Shown piece after piece: positions 13,842-15,112 of a stretch of DNA of 15,112 bases. The notes below the pieces were generated by a model. That model worked only from the letters and a program-made list of their open reading frames with translations, was not told the origin of the DNA and ran no database searches. Position numbers and translations under genes: made by a program. The number at the start of each line of letters is the position of its first letter. Position 1 is the first letter of the stretch. Source of the DNA: a virus; IMG/VR virus record IMGVR_UViG_3300046808_000096. The stretch is one strand, 5' to 3'.

Positions 13842-14237
13842 TTAGATTGTTTGTTGCGTGTAGTTAGTGCTGATTGAAATGTCTGCAACCAGCAAATTTG
13901 TTGCACCCACTTGGGTGATGTTTGGGCGAGTTACATTGCCGACTGTGTAATTTGTCGGTATTACGCCCATGATGGCAATAATCAATTGCTCCAAATTGTC
14001 AAGAGCTCCGGCATTTGAATAGTAAGCAACGGCAGCGGTCACGACAAAATTGATTTTAACGCGCACCGATTGATTGCCGATAAATTCGCTTTCGAGATAA
14101 GGCTCATCCGGCACAATGATGCAAGCCGGTGGAATGACTGTTTCCGGTGGCTCTGAATAAACGGATGCAGCTACGGAAGCAAGTGAAGTAGCCAGCGCAT
14201 CGCGCACATTGGTTGCAATTGTCGTTGGTGTCGGCAT
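13842..14237 (-). CDS. Tail terminator / head-tail joining protein (lambda gpU / DUF3168-like architecture)
   Basis: A 131-aa ORF with an N-terminal helix (IATNVRDALATSLASV) followed by PPACIIVPDEPYLESE...VKINFVVTAAV...LLVADISISTNY. Size, pattern and position before the major tail gene fit a terminator or neck protein. Confidence 0.5.
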   Translation of the reverse strand: MPTPTTIATNVRDALATSLASVAASVYSEPPETVIPPACIIVPDEPYLESEFIGNQSVRVKINFVVTAAVAYYSNAGALDNLEQLIIAIMGVIPTNYTVGNVTRPNITQVGATNLLVADISISTNYTQQTI

Positions 14238-14818
14238 TACTGAGCCATGCTTCCGACTTCGACATATTTAGCAATGAGCGAATAAACACGGCTTGCCAAT
14301 GATCTGCCCATTCGATATGGCGTTGGTGTGAAATCGACACCCTCAATTTGACCGCCAGCAGCGGTGATTGATTGGAAAATTTCCACGCTAATAATTGTGG
14401 TCGCGCTTTCAATGTCAGGATCAGAAGCATAAAGAGTTGCTGCACTCTTTCCGGATACATAGACATCACCGGCAGGAATAACCGGCTGATAAGTCAAGTC
14501 TGCTTCGTTTGTCGCGATGCTAAACGCGTAAGGTCTGGAATAGGTGTCTGTAACTGTTTGAGTTCCGTTAAAGGCGCTCGCGGTGCTTGCAATTGTGATT
14601 GTCTGATTATCCACAAATTGATTTGGCAATTGTGTGGTGAAAATAGCCGTGCCATTTTCTATTTGATAGCCGACAATCTTGTTTGAATAGCTCTCCAATA
14701 GTGGCAAAAGAATGCCCTCAGCACTATTGATAATGCCATCTAAATAAGCATCAGAATATAAGGATGACGAAACGCCAAGCACTGTGCGCAGTTGGCTTGC
14801 GGTAATAATACTTGGCAT
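14237..14818 (-). CDS. Head-tail connector (gp6-like adaptor) with an extra central domain
   Basis: A 193-aa ORF. N-terminal ITASQLRTVLGVSSSLYSDAYLDGIINSAEGILLPLL is the typical adaptor helix motif. It is the first gene after the capsid gene, and AGAGGA lies upstream of the ATG. Confidence 0.65.
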   Translation of the reverse strand: MPSIITASQLRTVLGVSSSLYSDAYLDGIINSAEGILLPLLESYSNKIVGYQIENGTAIFTTQLPNQFVDNQTITIASTASAFNGTQTVTDTYSRPYAFSIATNEADLTYQPVIPAGDVYVSGKSAATLYASDPDIESATTIISVEIFQSITAAGGQIEGVDFTPTPYRMGRSLASRVYSLIAKYVEVGSMAQ

Positions 14819-14865
14819 TTCGTATCCTCTCTGATTAACCTATTCGGGAGCGACTAGGCTAGAGA

Positions 14866-15112
14866 TCAAGTTAGGTTGAAGCGGCGCAGACCACCCGCAA
14901 AGGTGACGCCAGCTGCTACGAACCCAAATAATTCCAGCTCAATTTCGCCTCTTGATGGCACATTGGTCTGAAGTGTTAGAGCTTCGCTTTCGTAAATTTC
15001 GATTGAGCCCTTTTCAATGATGAATGAAGATTCATCGATAACTGTTGAAACCATGTTTGCATCTACATAGTAATCAAGACCCATCACATTGCCGCGAAGC
15101 GATGTTGGTGCA
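14866..15112 (-). CDS. C-terminal end of the same protease/major-capsid fusion ORF. Positions 14986..15112 duplicate 1..127, and the unique part is 14866..14985.
   Basis: Track ORF 14866..15087 (MMGLDYYVDANMVSTVIDESSFIIEKGSIEIYESEALTLQTN...RRFNLT) is the in-frame continuation of the minus-strand frame that leaves the window at position 1. Stop codon at 14866..14868. Confidence 0.85.
   Translation of the reverse strand, partial: APTSLRGNVMGLDYYVDANMVSTVIDESSFIIEKGSIEIYESEALTLQTNVPSRGEIELELFGFVAAGVTFAGGLRRFNLT
14986..15112. repeat. Right copy of the exact 127-nt terminal direct repeat. It is either a circular-assembly overlap or a terminal redundancy.
   Basis: Same 127-nt string as 1..127. 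The reading frame of the capsid gene is preserved across the join, because both 1446 nt and 120 nt are multiples of 3. Confidence 0.95.

Noticed and set aside
12250-14686. Embedded ORFs 12250..12468, 12607..12798, 12920..13129, 13360..13563, 13523..13714, 14104..14469 and 14372..14686
   Set aside because: Each overlaps one or two well-supported minus-strand structural genes, either out of frame or antisense. None has an RBS or a motif.
14819-14865. Possible transcription terminator or attenuator after the capsid gene
   Set aside because: Only a 4-bp stem (CCTA...TAGG) is present and no T-run follows. That is not enough to call a terminator. The region mainly supplies the AGAGGA RBS for the connector gene.
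1-15112. tRNA, rRNA, CRISPR arrays, integrase/att sites, IS elements
   Set aside because: Essentially every base is accounted for by minus-strand protein-coding sequence. I saw no cloverleaf-capable gaps, no spaced direct repeats and no recombinase-like ORF.

Overview
The window appears to be a complete, circularly closing genome of a very small HK97-like tailed phage with siphovirus-type gene order. The first 127 nt (1..127) are identical to the last 127 nt (14986..15112), so the unique length is 14,985 bp.

All credible genes (about 27) lie on the minus strand, and there is almost no intergenic DNA. Most neighbouring genes share ATGA, TAATG or 8-20 nt stop/start overlaps.

Gene order in the direction of transcription (descending coordinates):
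- Head-tail connector
- Tail-terminator-like protein
- Major tail protein
- Tail assembly chaperone, with a canonical -1 frameshift site
- HK97 gp10-like protein
- Tape measure protein
- Dit-like tail protein
- Tail fibre/RBP-like protein
- Glycine-rich tail protein
- Conserved hypothetical protein
- CHAP endolysin
- Small holin (59 aa, missing from the ORF track)
- Lipobox protein overlapping its neighbours
- 2-TM holin-like protein
- A 71-nt gap, the only real non-coding gap
- Small TM protein
- ERF single-strand annealing protein
- Zn-finger protein
- PD-(D/E)xK-like nuclease
- Zn-ribbon protein (55 aa, missing from the track)
- TM protein
- FmdB-like Zn-ribbon protein (57 aa, missing from the track)
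- Secreted SLT/lysozyme-like protein
- HNH endonuclease
- Large terminase
- Portal
- Prohead-protease/major-capsid fusion, which crosses the contig junction

I could not recognise a DNA polymerase, primase/helicase, replication initiator, small terminase, integrase, repressor, tRNA or CRISPR array. The host cannot be determined from sequence alone. The CHAP lysin, the ESxWNP...GLFQ secreted lysozyme-like protein and the glycine-rich tail protein are most reminiscent of phages of Gram-positive or actinobacterial hosts.
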